DNA from: a virus
Direction: 5' to 3' (one strand)
Virus record (IMG/VR): IMGVR_UViG_3300027917_001949
Coordinates: 32,001 to 96,000 of that record
DNA: 64,000 nucleotides
Below, piece by piece: positions 37,358 to 46,395 of this stretch (position 1 is its first letter; each line of letters begins with the position of its first letter). The position numbers and the translations under genes were made by a program. The notes beneath the pieces were generated by a model, which saw only the letters and a program-made list of their open reading frames with translations, was not told the DNA's origin and made no database searches.

Positions 37358-37507
37358 GGTATTGTAACCTGATGAGGGAGATGCCTAACTAGCCGTAGTG
37401 AAGGGCAGATGCGGGAAAATCTAACCGGTGGTTCTAGGGGATTAGCACCCATGCTAGATAGTTAAAAGTCCATCGTGGAAGGTAGACACCCTGACTCAGG
37501 TTCGCAA

Positions 37508-37584
37508 GCTGACTTAGCTCATTCTGGTAGAGCGACAGGTTGAAGCCCTGTGCGTAGGTGGTTCGATTCCGCCAGTCAGCACCA
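37508..37584 (+). tRNA. tRNA-Phe(GAA)
   Basis: acagg-tt GAA gc-cctgt; CCA. Confidence 0.9.
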
Positions 37585-37745
37585 TGGAAATTAATTGTTA
37601 TGAATGTCCCTTAACTCATGCGTGTAGTGTAAGAGCACGTAAGGAAGTGGGACGAGTGTGGGATGGTATAATTGAATCTTGGGAACTTAATGATTGTCCA
37701 CTCTACAGATTACTTCAAATAATGGAAGCAATTAAGTATCTTTAA
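37584..37745 (+). CDS. 53-aa Cys-containing protein (absent from ORF track)
   Basis: MEINCYECPLTHAC..DCPLYR; fills the gap between tRNA-Phe and tRNA-Tyr. Confidence 0.55.
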   Translation: MEINCYECPLTHACSVRARKEVGRVWDGIIESWELNDCPLYRLLQIMEAIKYL

Positions 37746-37746
37746 T

Positions 37747-37833
37747 GGCGTAGCGGCAACGTGGGAGAGTTGCCCTGGTCTGTAAAACCAGTGTCCTTGG
37801 GCTTAGTAGGTTCGAATCCTATCTGCGCCACCA
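37747..37833 (+). tRNA. tRNA-Tyr(GTA)
   Basis: ctggt-ct GTA aa-accag; variable arm; CCA. Confidence 0.9.
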
Positions 37834-37834
37834 A

Positions 37835-38074
37835 ATGTTAAAAGAATTACGTCAAGCTAAAAAATTATACTGTTATCATTGTGATGCATTGTATGAACCA
37901 GTATCATTTTTAACGTGTCCGTCATGCGGTACACCACTTGTTACGTGTTGGTGGGGATTGATTTACGGAATGAATAAGGACGAAATTCATAAATTATGTC
38001 CTGATTGTAAGAATAGATTCTGGTGTTGGACACAGCGACCAGAACTACCCACAATGAGTGGGACATACATGTAA
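37835..38074 (+). CDS. Zn-ribbon protein with CxxCxxRFxC motif
   Basis: CPDCKNRFWCWT. Confidence 0.65.
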   Translation: MLKELRQAKKLYCYHCDALYEPVSFLTCPSCGTPLVTCWWGLIYGMNKDEIHKLCPDCKNRFWCWTQRPELPTMSGTYM

Positions 38075-38077
38075 AAT

Positions 38078-38151
38078 GGGGGTTTAGTTCAGTGGGAGAA
38101 CACTTCCCTTGCAAGGAAGGAAGACGAGTTCGAGTCTCGTAACCTCCACCA
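38078..38151 (+). tRNA. tRNA-Ala(TGC)
   Basis: cttcc-ct TGC aa-ggaag; G3:U70; CCA. Confidence 0.9.
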
Positions 38152-38153
38152 AG

Positions 38154-38648
38154 ATGATTAAACCAAAACTTGGTGAAATTAGAACTGGTAAAGAACTTGG
38201 ATATATATCAAGGAACAAGCATATTGGTCATGCTTGTGAAATATGCGGCAAATTACGTTGGGTTCGTTTGATAGGTGGTAAACCACAGCGAACAAAATGC
38301 GAAGCACATAACGGTGGTAACTATGTAGATAGCAGTGGTAATGCTGCTGGTAATTTTAAACATGGTTTTCGTAATACTAGATTGTATCGAGTATGGAAAG
38401 GGATGAAACAGCGGTGTTATTTACCAACATTTGATTCGTATAAAACGTATGGTGCTCGTGGTATTAAAGTTTGTGACGAGTGGCATGAATTTATTCCATT
38501 CAAAGATTGGGCATTATCACACGGATATTCAGATGACCTATGTATAGACAGAATTGATAATGATGGGAATTATGAGCCGGATAACTGTCAATTTCTTACT
38601 CGAAGTGAAAATAGTCGTAAACAAAAATTAGATAGACTCGGTGTGTAG
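38154..38648 (+). CDS. HNH-type homing endonuclease-like protein
   Basis: TRLYRVWKGMKQRC..YGARGIKVCDEW..IDRIDNDGNYEPDNC. Confidence 0.8.
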   Translation: MIKPKLGEIRTGKELGYISRNKHIGHACEICGKLRWVRLIGGKPQRTKCEAHNGGNYVDSSGNAAGNFKHGFRNTRLYRVWKGMKQRCYLPTFDSYKTYGARGIKVCDEWHEFIPFKDWALSHGYSDDLCIDRIDNDGNYEPDNCQFLTRSENSRKQKLDRLGV

Positions 38649-38715
38649 CACAGCTTGGTAGTGCGCCTGATTTGGGGTCAGGAAGTCGTAGGTTCAAATC
38701 CTATCACACCGACCA
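38639..38715 (+). tRNA. tRNA-Pro(TGG), copy 1
   Basis: cctga-tt TGG gg-tcagg; CCA. Confidence 0.9.
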
Positions 38716-38811
38716 ATACATATCATCTTGGAAGGATATTGTATTCATTTGGAGTATAAGCTTCAAGATTATATTTAGATACGATGGACGATACCAAGAT
38801 ATTGTCCTCGG

Positions 38812-38888
38812 CAGGGTGTACGTCAGCGGACAAGACTACCTGTTTTGGATACAGGAGGACGGTGGTTCGAATCCACCCACCCTGACCA
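38812..38888 (+). tRNA. tRNA-Pro(TGG), copy 2 (A37)
   Basis: cctgt-tt TGG at-acagg; CCA. Confidence 0.85.
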
Positions 38889-38898
38889 GAGGTGAGGA

Positions 38899-39117
38899 AT
38901 GATAAAGCATAGTATTAGTAACGAGATTATTCCAGAAGAGCAGTGGGGTGACATTGGTGGTTATTATACTCTCACTAATGATGAATTAGAAGAGTGGAGA
39001 CATAATCAAACACGTGAACAACGTAAACTTGCGTACTGGGTAAAAACAGTCGCACGTGGAAAACCGCTACTTACACTTGGTACTAATCCCGTTTTAAATG
39101 CCACTGAAGCTCATTAG
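38899..39117 (+). CDS. Hypothetical protein
   Basis: RBS gaggtgagga; stop lies inside tRNA-Thr. Confidence 0.55.
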   Translation: MIKHSISNEIIPEEQWGDIGGYYTLTNDELEEWRHNQTREQRKLAYWVKTVARGKPLLTLGTNPVLNATEAH

Positions 39118-39172
39118 GATGAGCGGTGGTTTTGTAAACCACAGGTAACGGGTTCGAATCCTGTCAGTGGCT
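39100..39172 (+). tRNA. tRNA-Thr(TGT), no CCA
   Basis: gtggt-tt TGT aa-accac. Confidence 0.9.
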
Positions 39173-39249
39173 CGGGGAGAAAGAGTTATGAAGCATGAGC
39201 GATGCTGTAGCTCATTTTGGCATCATAACTAACAGCCGTTCCCCAACAT

Positions 39250-39321
39250 GCTACCGAAGCTCAAAGGTTGAGCATCCGCTTCGTAAGCGGGAGATTGTGA
39301 GTTCGAGTCTCACCGGTAGCT
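39250..39321 (+). tRNA. tRNA-Thr(CGT), no CCA
   Basis: tccgc-tt CGT aa-gcggg. Confidence 0.9.
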
Positions 39322-39322
39322 C

Positions 39323-39769
39323 ATGAAGATACATGAAATAAAAGATAACTATAGTGGTTGGGATGATGTGGCGACCGTCGGTGTCTTTTATTATGATGGG
39401 ACATTCGATAATCTGAAAGACAAGACTCTTGTTATAACTACATTCGGTGAGTTATCGAGTCTCCGATATTATGGATTACCATGTAAAGCAATCTTACGAA
39501 TACGGCACGCACCGAAGCAACCATTTGAAACAACCTTTATTTTAGAAAGTGATAAGGTGGGTAAGGAAATGGCAAGAGACCAAGTTAAATTCGAAACGGA
39601 TTTAGAAACTTTGAAGTCGTTAGCTGACATAGCTGTTGACATCGAAAAGATACAACATGGTGATGTCGAGAACGTAACAGAAGCTGGTTTTGTTAGGGGT
39701 GAAGTTTACGTCAAGTGGACTCGTGGTGATACGGTAGAAATAGCATTACCCGCAAAACCACATGGCTAA
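39323..39769 (+). CDS. Hypothetical protein
   Basis: 148-aa ORF starting 1 nt after tRNA. Confidence 0.65.
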   Translation: MKIHEIKDNYSGWDDVATVGVFYYDGTFDNLKDKTLVITTFGELSSLRYYGLPCKAILRIRHAPKQPFETTFILESDKVGKEMARDQVKFETDLETLKSLADIAVDIEKIQHGDVENVTEAGFVRGEVYVKWTRGDTVEIALPAKPHG

Positions 39770-39780
39770 ATTTTTATAAT

Positions 39781-39866
39781 GGAAGGTGTCCGGCTGGACG
39801 AGGAAGCTGTCCTGAAAACAGTGGGGCTGTAAAGTCTTAGGGGTTCGAGTCCTCTACCTTCCGCCA
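39781..39866 (+). tRNA. tRNA-Ser(TGA), C33
   Basis: gctgt-cc TGA aa-acagt; long variable arm; G73-CCA. Confidence 0.9.
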
Positions 39867-40082
39867 ATGAGATACGTTGTTACAAGACACGGTAATGTAC
39901 TTGAAGCATTCTGGTGTTATTACACTAAATGTGAGACATGTCCTAGTAGATTTAAGTGTCTCACGAGTGCTATCGCTATAGTTGATGACTGCATAAATTT
40001 AACAGGTAGCGAAGTGCGAAAGAAAATAAATGATATTATAGAGAAGCACGGTTTACATGTTGAACATCTTGCAGAAATGTAA
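39867..40082 (+). CDS. Small protein with CxxCxxRFxC motif
   Basis: CYYTKCETCPSRFKCLT; exactly fills the gap between two tRNAs. Confidence 0.65.
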   Translation: MRYVVTRHGNVLEAFWCYYTKCETCPSRFKCLTSAIAIVDDCINLTGSEVRKKINDIIEKHGLHVEHLAEM

Positions 40083-40160
40083 TGCCGAGTAGTCTAAAAC
40101 GGTTTGGACGACTGGCTTTGACCCAGTAGGCTGAAGGTTCGACTCCTTCCTCGGCAACCA
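40083..40160 (+). tRNA. tRNA-Gln(TTG)
   Basis: actgg-ct TTG ac-ccagt; U1-A72; CCA. Confidence 0.9.
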
Positions 40161-40169
40161 GGCAGAATT

Positions 40170-40197
40170 AACCCCACGCTTTCACGTGGGGTTTTTT
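40170..40197 (+). terminator. Intrinsic terminator at the convergence of the two arms
   Basis: aaccccacg/cgtggggtt hairpin followed by a T tract. Confidence 0.8.
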
Positions 40198-40217
40198 AGT
40201 GCCTATTTTTTTTTCAG

Positions 40218-41141
40218 TTATTCAAGAACTACAGCATTATCAATTACGTCAGTAAATGAACCAACGTATACCCAGTTTGCACCGTACCATTCACCGTAGA
40301 TGTCCATATACATCGGACCATCTGCTTGATATACTTCAACAGGATTACTGAAAGTCATCTGCGTAAAGGTAGCATCTAGGTTCATACCATCGATGTTCTT
40401 GATATAAAGTCCGAATGGTCGTGACCCATCAGTCTTGTTGACCGTCGTTCCCTCTGGAATGACAAACTTGTACTTGACACCGTCAACCGTGCCGATTGCC
40501 ACTAATTCCTTGTTCATCCCAGTCTTTCCCCATAGACCGTACTCTACAATACCACAACCGAACGGTATATCAAGTCTGAAATATAGTTCTGGATGGTGTG
40601 CTTGAACATAGAATTCTGTTGTTGCTTCCGCATACACATCACCACTACCGTCAACATCGTCAACCCAGAACCATACCATATCTATGAATGAATATGCCCA
40701 ATAACCGTGTGCATATTGGTTGATAGTATACACACCCTCATCTGTAGGGTTGATTGTATATTCCCAATCGTATGTTAGTGTTACATCTGCGTCAACTGGA
40801 CCAATTAAAGCGGAGTCGCAATCTTCGTCAACTATGTCAACATCTATGACGGCTGCACCGTTAGGATTCAATACCGTTACACCAGCTTCTGCTCCCGCTA
40901 GTGCATTGGCAAACAGAAAGATGTCAAACCAATTGTCAGGGTATACCCCTGCCGATGCTTCGATAATTATTGTTCCGGTTAATGTTACGTCCTCACCTAC
41001 CCAAGGGTCTTCCGATACAACAACTTCACCAATTGTTGCGGTAGCGTCACCCGTTCCTGTTGCTGCCATTGCTGTACCAGCCGGAACAAGTAGCACTATT
41101 GCTGCCAACACCGTGGCAAGAAAGATTTTTACTTTGTTCAT
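40218..41141 (-). CDS. Secreted/surface protein with Sec signal peptide
   Basis: MNKVKIFLATVLAAIVLLVPAGTAMA; acidic, beta-rich mature region; RBS gaggt. Confidence 0.7.
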   Translation of the reverse strand: MNKVKIFLATVLAAIVLLVPAGTAMAATGTGDATATIGEVVVSEDPWVGEDVTLTGTIIIEASAGVYPDNWFDIFLFANALAGAEAGVTVLNPNGAAVIDVDIVDEDCDSALIGPVDADVTLTYDWEYTINPTDEGVYTINQYAHGYWAYSFIDMVWFWVDDVDGSGDVYAEATTEFYVQAHHPELYFRLDIPFGCGIVEYGLWGKTGMNKELVAIGTVDGVKYKFVIPEGTTVNKTDGSRPFGLYIKNIDGMNLDATFTQMTFSNPVEVYQADGPMYMDIYGEWYGANWVYVGSFTDVIDNAVVLE

Positions 41142-41286
41142 TTTTTACCTCATTTTATTTGATTTATATTAAGGGTTTTCACCTCGTTATACCTTACACT
41201 TCATTATCTACCCCACTTTGATTTCCTATTTTTCTCTGCAATGATTGTACCAAGAATTATTATCACAAGTATTACTATTAGAACTG

Positions 41287-41547
41287 TCATTCAGCATTGT
41301 CTTCCTTCTCTTCGTCTAACCCAAAATACCGCACATTCCATGCTCGTTCCTGTGCCATCAACAGTTTGACACCGGTTTCAGTTTTTGCTAATTTAATGTT
41401 TCCTCTCAAGGCAAGGAGTCTATCGAGAGCCATGTCAACATAACCCTCGATAAACTCATCTTTCAACTTATCCAACTCGTTCACGTAGATACTCCCTCGC
41501 TTTCGCAAATGCACCTTGTCTGTCGTCTTTATCCAGCTTGCCATCAA
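41287..41547 (-). CDS. Hypothetical protein
   Basis: Overlaps 3' end of the CCA-adding enzyme gene. Confidence 0.45.
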   Translation of the reverse strand: MMASWIKTTDKVHLRKRGSIYVNELDKLKDEFIEGYVDMALDRLLALRGNIKLAKTETGVKLLMAQERAWNVRYFGLDEEKEDNAE

Positions 41548-42826
41548 TCACGAGGTTGGTCAGGTAGTTCTTTATATTACCAACAACTTCTCCAGGTTTT
41601 AGACCAAACTCTTTCATGATTTCGTTACCATCAATTGGAGAGGTCATGGTGTCTGGTTGTTCCGCTAGGCATTCGGTAACCATTCTGGTAAGAACGTTCA
41701 TGAATTTGTAACGTGGATTCTTTGATGAACGGATGTCACATTTTACTAAGTCCATCAGTAGTCCAATGTTGTTCTCACCAACCTTGCGAACCAGACGCAT
41801 GATGATTCTCTTTTTGATTTTACCACGTACCACTTCTTTTTGAAGTACGATAGGAGTCATGTGGTACTTAATCAGATGACATACACTGTTGATGACCTCG
41901 TTGTTAAAGCGAAGTCTACGCAGTATCTTTCTTGCCTTTCGTGCACCAACGTTGTGGTGTGAGTAGAAGTGGACACCATCATCGTCCTCGACCTTAGTTT
42001 CCGGTTTACCAATATCGTGTAAGATACAGGCAAGACGGAATATCAGGTTTCGGTTACCGTGGTCAACTTTAGTACCTTTGTATAGGACAAGTAGTGAGTG
42101 CTCGTAGGCATCCTTAATGTGGTTCTTTCCCTGTTGGATGTTACGCAGTTGCATAAATTCTGGTGAGATGTAGTCCATCAGACCAGTTTGGCACAGCTTT
42201 CTCCAACCGAAAGAAGCTCTACGTGATAGCAGGATTCGACTTACCTCGTCACGTACTCTTTCTCTAGAGATAACTTGCAGTCGTTCTGGATGTTGAATAG
42301 TGACGTCGAACTTGAAGTTCAGTTCGCAGGCAAAACGGACTGCACGAAGCATTCGTAGAGGGTCTTCGTCGAATCTGTCTTCACTACCTACAACTCTGAT
42401 ACGTTTGGCATTGAGGTCTTCAACACCACCAAATGGGTCGATAATTGCACCAGTCAGCGGGTTGCGTGCCAGAGCGTTGATGGTGAAGTCTCTACGAGCT
42501 AGGTCGTTCTCAAGTGAGTAACCGAACATGACAGTTGGTTTACGTGAGTTTGAACGGTATACTTCGCTTCTGTAAGTAGTTATCTCAACGGTATGACCGT
42601 TGGCATTGAGACCTATAGTACCAAATTCCTCACCCATAGTGTATAGAGAACCGAAGTCATTTATGATTTCTTTTATCTCGTCAGGGCGGGCATTAGTAGC
42701 TAGGTCAATGTCATGTGATTCTCTACCAAGTAGTGAGTCACGCACACGACCACCGACTTCGAAAAGTTCAAAACCTTTCTCGTTGAACTTCACTGCTATT
42801 CTGTTGATTAGAGTTTCCTCGTTCAT
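41468..42826 (-). CDS. cca: CCA-adding tRNA nucleotidyltransferase with HD domain
   Basis: VGGRVRD, DIDLAT, DLARRDFTINA, EDPLRMLRAVRF, LHDIGKP. Confidence 0.9.
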   Translation of the reverse strand: MNEETLINRIAVKFNEKGFELFEVGGRVRDSLLGRESHDIDLATNARPDEIKEIINDFGSLYTMGEEFGTIGLNANGHTVEITTYRSEVYRSNSRKPTVMFGYSLENDLARRDFTINALARNPLTGAIIDPFGGVEDLNAKRIRVVGSEDRFDEDPLRMLRAVRFACELNFKFDVTIQHPERLQVISRERVRDEVSRILLSRRASFGWRKLCQTGLMDYISPEFMQLRNIQQGKNHIKDAYEHSLLVLYKGTKVDHGNRNLIFRLACILHDIGKPETKVEDDDGVHFYSHHNVGARKARKILRRLRFNNEVINSVCHLIKYHMTPIVLQKEVVRGKIKKRIIMRLVRKVGENNIGLLMDLVKCDIRSSKNPRYKFMNVLTRMVTECLAEQPDTMTSPIDGNEIMKEFGLKPGEVVGNIKNYLTNLVIDGKLDKDDRQGAFAKAREYLRERVG

Positions 42827-43041
42827 GTCGTTTCCTTTTTATTTTAATAAATAGACATATATTATATTATCACGTGTAACTACTTCCGTGTCATCGTTAC
42901 AATATAAATCATAAAAGTGCTCTTCTGACAGCAGTTCACCCTGTCTTTCAAATCTATTCTTTATAACAAGAATAAACCCAGAGTCTTGAATTAGTCCAAC
43001 CACCACTGCTAGATTTACGTCTTCTTTTATTTTGTTAATAG

Positions 43042-43446
43042 TCATGTAACCTCCAATTCACGAGTTTTTTCGTCGTATTCTATCGTCAGAATACCTTCTT
43101 TCTTCGCTCGTTTTACGGTGTCTGCCGTCCCTCGTGATGTGCTTTTATCAGTATAAAAAGCATACACAATATCTGGGTTCATGAATTTTATCATCCAACC
43201 ATTTCGCATCACACCGGCAGGTTTACCATAATAAGTCCAATTTGCTGAGAATTCGGCGACGGCAAATCCATCGAGCCTAGCTAGGCTTCCAGCAATAGAA
43301 TCTGCACCACGAGCCGTGCCCTCAATGATACACACCTCACTACGTCTAAATTCGCTTAATAAGTTACTAAAGACTAGTGAACCTATTAAATCTCTGTCAG
43401 CAAACTCCACACTTCCACATATTAAGACTTTGATTGGTATAGCCAT
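43042..43446 (-). CDS. SLOG/YspA-like (DUF2493) protein
   Basis: VLICGS..IIEGTARGAD..ANW..YGKPAGVMRN..SRGT. Confidence 0.8.
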   Translation of the reverse strand: MAIPIKVLICGSVEFADRDLIGSLVFSNLLSEFRRSEVCIIEGTARGADSIAGSLARLDGFAVAEFSANWTYYGKPAGVMRNGWMIKFMNPDIVYAFYTDKSTSRGTADTVKRAKKEGILTIEYDEKTRELEVT

Positions 43447-43934
43447 CCTTTAATATAATCTATCGTGACCGGTCTGAATCCAGTAACGTCACATGAAACA
43501 TTGATTCGGTTACCTGAACACTGGGGGGTGTAGTGATGTGTATGCCCGTGGACTATCCACTCCCCATGGTAATCAGGTACAAGGAGTGCTTCTTTCGGGT
43601 TATGAACTAGGAGTACCTTTTCACCGGATATGTCGAGCCAGTAGTATCCCTCAGCGTCTATCCCCTCGTCATGACTTCCCTTAATATAGGTGATGTCACC
43701 GTTCAATAGTCCAAGCCAATATTCGGGTTTGCGAGACCCACGTCCGAATGACATATCACCAAGAAAATAGACAATGTCATCAGGTTTCACTCTCATATTA
43801 TACTGTTTCAATAGATGCTCGTTCATGATGTCCTTACTCAAAAACGGTCTATTGCAATACGCTATGATGTTTTCGTGGTCAAAGTGGGGGTCACTATAAA
43901 ACCATGTTTTACTCATCAATACACTTCCTTGCAA
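43422..43934 (-). CDS. Calcineurin-like metallophosphoesterase
   Basis: SDPHFDH, YFLGD, GSHD, HGHTH. Confidence 0.85.
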   Translation of the reverse strand: MQGSVLMSKTWFYSDPHFDHENIIAYCNRPFLSKDIMNEHLLKQYNMRVKPDDIVYFLGDMSFGRGSRKPEYWLGLLNGDITYIKGSHDEGIDAEGYYWLDISGEKVLLVHNPKEALLVPDYHGEWIVHGHTHHYTPQCSGNRINVSCDVTGFRPVTIDYIKGWLYQSKS

Positions 43935-45314
43935 CTAATGTACCAAATACAAGAGGTGACATGTGCAACTGTTTGTTTTCATCTATCACCTCTTGTGCAA
44001 TTTTCTTGACATCTATATGGTCGAGTTGAGATATAATTCCCCTCATTGTTAGGATAAGGCAATCAGGTTCATGTACTATTCCCTTATTACCATATCTTCC
44101 GCTTCCACAGAAAATACAGAGCTTATCTTCTGTACCATTCTCTGCGTTGAAGTCGTCCAATCGTTTTTCGATTGCTTTTATCTGTTCCTTAAGATTCATT
44201 TTTCTTCATGAACATGTCAAACTCTTCGTCGTCAGTAATTATCTCGTTACATTTAGGACAACGATTAATATAACCATCTTCATCGTTTCCGCTACCGTTG
44301 AGGTAGTCAATTTCTTTTCCACATCTTGGACATACTGCCATGTATTTACCAACCTCCCATAAATTCCCACCAGTATCCAGTTTCATTTTGAAACAACGTT
44401 GCCCACGCTTTTATGTGCCCCCGAAATCGTTTCCAGTTAGGACACCTGTATTCCGTTGCAACGTGGTATTCTTTATTTCCCGTATACCGATTAAAGTCGT
44501 GCGGGGTTATATGTATTTCCCCGTGTTCCAACTTTGACCCACACTTGCTACAGTAAAATAAATCATCTGGATAATGACTAGGTATTTTTTCAATCATCTA
44601 CTGGTCTCCTGATACCAAATGACAAGCAACCAAACCTGATGTCGTCGTCTGTTCTAGCGTGGTCGAAAACCTCAGTCTGACCAAAGATGTCAGTAAACTC
44701 GTAACCATTTGGCAATATATCAAACCATTCTCCAGGGATAAGCCAAATGTCCTCATCAGGGTCGAGAAGCTCTGTCGGGACATCAAACTTCTTGCCGACA
44801 TCTACAACCAAATTACCGTTTGGATAATTTGGTCGTTCTTCGTCTGGAATCGCCTCAGCATTGATAATAGGGACATTGATTTTCTTATCAACAGGTTTGG
44901 TCATGTTTTCCTGTATGATGTTGTTCATCGTATCCCACTTGCGAAACCCCATCCCAAACAAAACATTGGGTGGTGCATGATTAATCACGTGCTCAAACTC
45001 TGCTTTGTTACTCGGTCTCCACTCATACTCTAGAGGTTCTTGCCGATAGTGCATCGATGTTCCGACAATCTCAATACCTTCGACCTCGAAGTTACCTTTA
45101 AAGTTGTTATTTATCCATTCTATTACCTCGTCCATGCCAAAAACCTCTTTACTATTTTATCTTTTGGGTTATATTTGTGTATCCAAGATGAGACTCTATC
45201 ACCGTGGCAAGCGGGACATTTACCATCTATCTTTTCTATCCACGCTATCTGGTCTTCGTCATAAGTGATATAACCACACTTAGGACACCGAAATCTCCTG
45301 ACTGTCTCTATCAT
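43909..45314 (-). other. Five small coupled hypothetical CDSs, several with Zn ribbons (43909-44199, 44189-44386, 44346-44597, 44590-45135, 45123-45314)
   Basis: Head-to-tail overlapping ORFs on -. Confidence 0.55.
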
Positions 45315-45699
45315 TTTTAAACCTCTGTAATTGTGTTCTCAAGCATTGTAAGCTTGTCCACCCATCTTCTGGTATCCACCAAAAATCTGGGAAACCGGTA
45401 TGACTCCATATGATGTGCTCTATTTCCTCGTCACTTGCATCAGGGAAGTATTCTTTAGCTATGTCAAAAGCGTTGAACGATGGTTTGTCATCTACCTTAT
45501 CTGGGTCATCACAGTAACCGTCCATCAATACTTCTCTCGCTTCGGTATCAGTCTCGATTAATGTGCAGAACCATAAACCATTACGATTATCTAAAGCCGG
45601 ACATACGTCCCCCATGTGTGAATCGAACTTTACTCGTGCGAATACACAGGGTAACATGAGACAACACTTTCCACAATGTTTACATTCAAATTTATCCAC
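45280..45699 (-). CDS. YkgJ-like Cys-cluster protein
   Basis: FECKHCGKCC..PC..CPAL..C. Confidence 0.6.
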   Translation of the reverse strand: MDKFECKHCGKCCLMLPCVFARVKFDSHMGDVCPALDNRNGLWFCTLIETDTEAREVLMDGYCDDPDKVDDKPSFNAFDIAKEYFPDASDEEIEHIIWSHTGFPDFWWIPEDGWTSLQCLRTQLQRFKNDRDSQEISVS

Positions 45700-45931
45700 G
45701 TTTCTTCACCGCTATGTACAATAAAAACCACCACATTGCTGCTGTTAATGCACCTGAAATAAAACCTAGCCATAGTTCGAGTGAAAAATATACCGCAAGA
45801 TAGCTGGTAAGTATTACTGCCGTTATTAGCGGAGTCAGTATCGGCATTGGTGTTTTCTTAATCACACTCGGAAGAAGAGCTAGACTAAAACCGAATCCTC
45901 CGCACATAAGAACCATGTCTTCCCATATCAT
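45692..45931 (-). CDS. Small three-TM membrane protein (PQ-loop-like)
   Basis: Hydrophobic; ALLPSV. Confidence 0.55.
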   Translation of the reverse strand: MIWEDMVLMCGGFGFSLALLPSVIKKTPMPILTPLITAVILTSYLAVYFSLELWLGFISGALTAAMWWFLLYIAVKKRG

Positions 45932-46303
45932 TTACGTTTCATTCTCTCTTTTATCTTGTGCATCCTTTGGAACTCCTGTCATGTAGAAATTACCTATCTT
46001 ATACGGTGCATTACGGGTCACCAAATCATTGTTAATAGTGCTTACACCCTCATATTTAAACAACTTATAGAGGGCTTTAAACTGCTTCATCGCTTCACCA
46101 CAATTAGGACACACTGGATATGCCCAGTGTGGATAACCGGCATCATCATCAAACTCTGTAATGTCGTGTTTGGTGCAATGCCACGTCCCGCATTTATCGT
46201 GCTTGATGAAGAGTTGTTTGGACATACACTTCCAACAAAACTTCCAATGACTCACAGCGTCACGATATTTTTGCTGTGTTTCTTCGTCTACCACAGTTTC
46301 CAT
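45932..46303 (-). CDS. Hypothetical Cys-containing protein
   Basis: CWKC..CPNC. Confidence 0.5.
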   Translation of the reverse strand: METVVDEETQQKYRDAVSHWKFCWKCMSKQLFIKHDKCGTWHCTKHDITEFDDDAGYPHWAYPVCPNCGEAMKQFKALYKLFKYEGVSTINNDLVTRNAPYKIGNFYMTGVPKDAQDKRENET

Positions 46304-46395
46304 ACTTTACCTAACTTTACTATCCCTATTACACCGAGTGCAACACCTAATGCACCGAGCATAATGAGAATGAATGTGACTGCATCTTCCATATC

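Noticed and set aside
37369-37425. Hammerhead ribozyme (CTGATGA present)
   Set aside because: No stem II closed by CGAAA and no matching stems I and III found.
29990-38902. ORF-track entries overlapping tRNAs or rnpB (e.g. 29990-30181, 30436-30678, 34020-34337, 35582-35779, 36336-36545, 38672-38902)
   Set aside because: They are translations of structural RNA sequence or its antisense.
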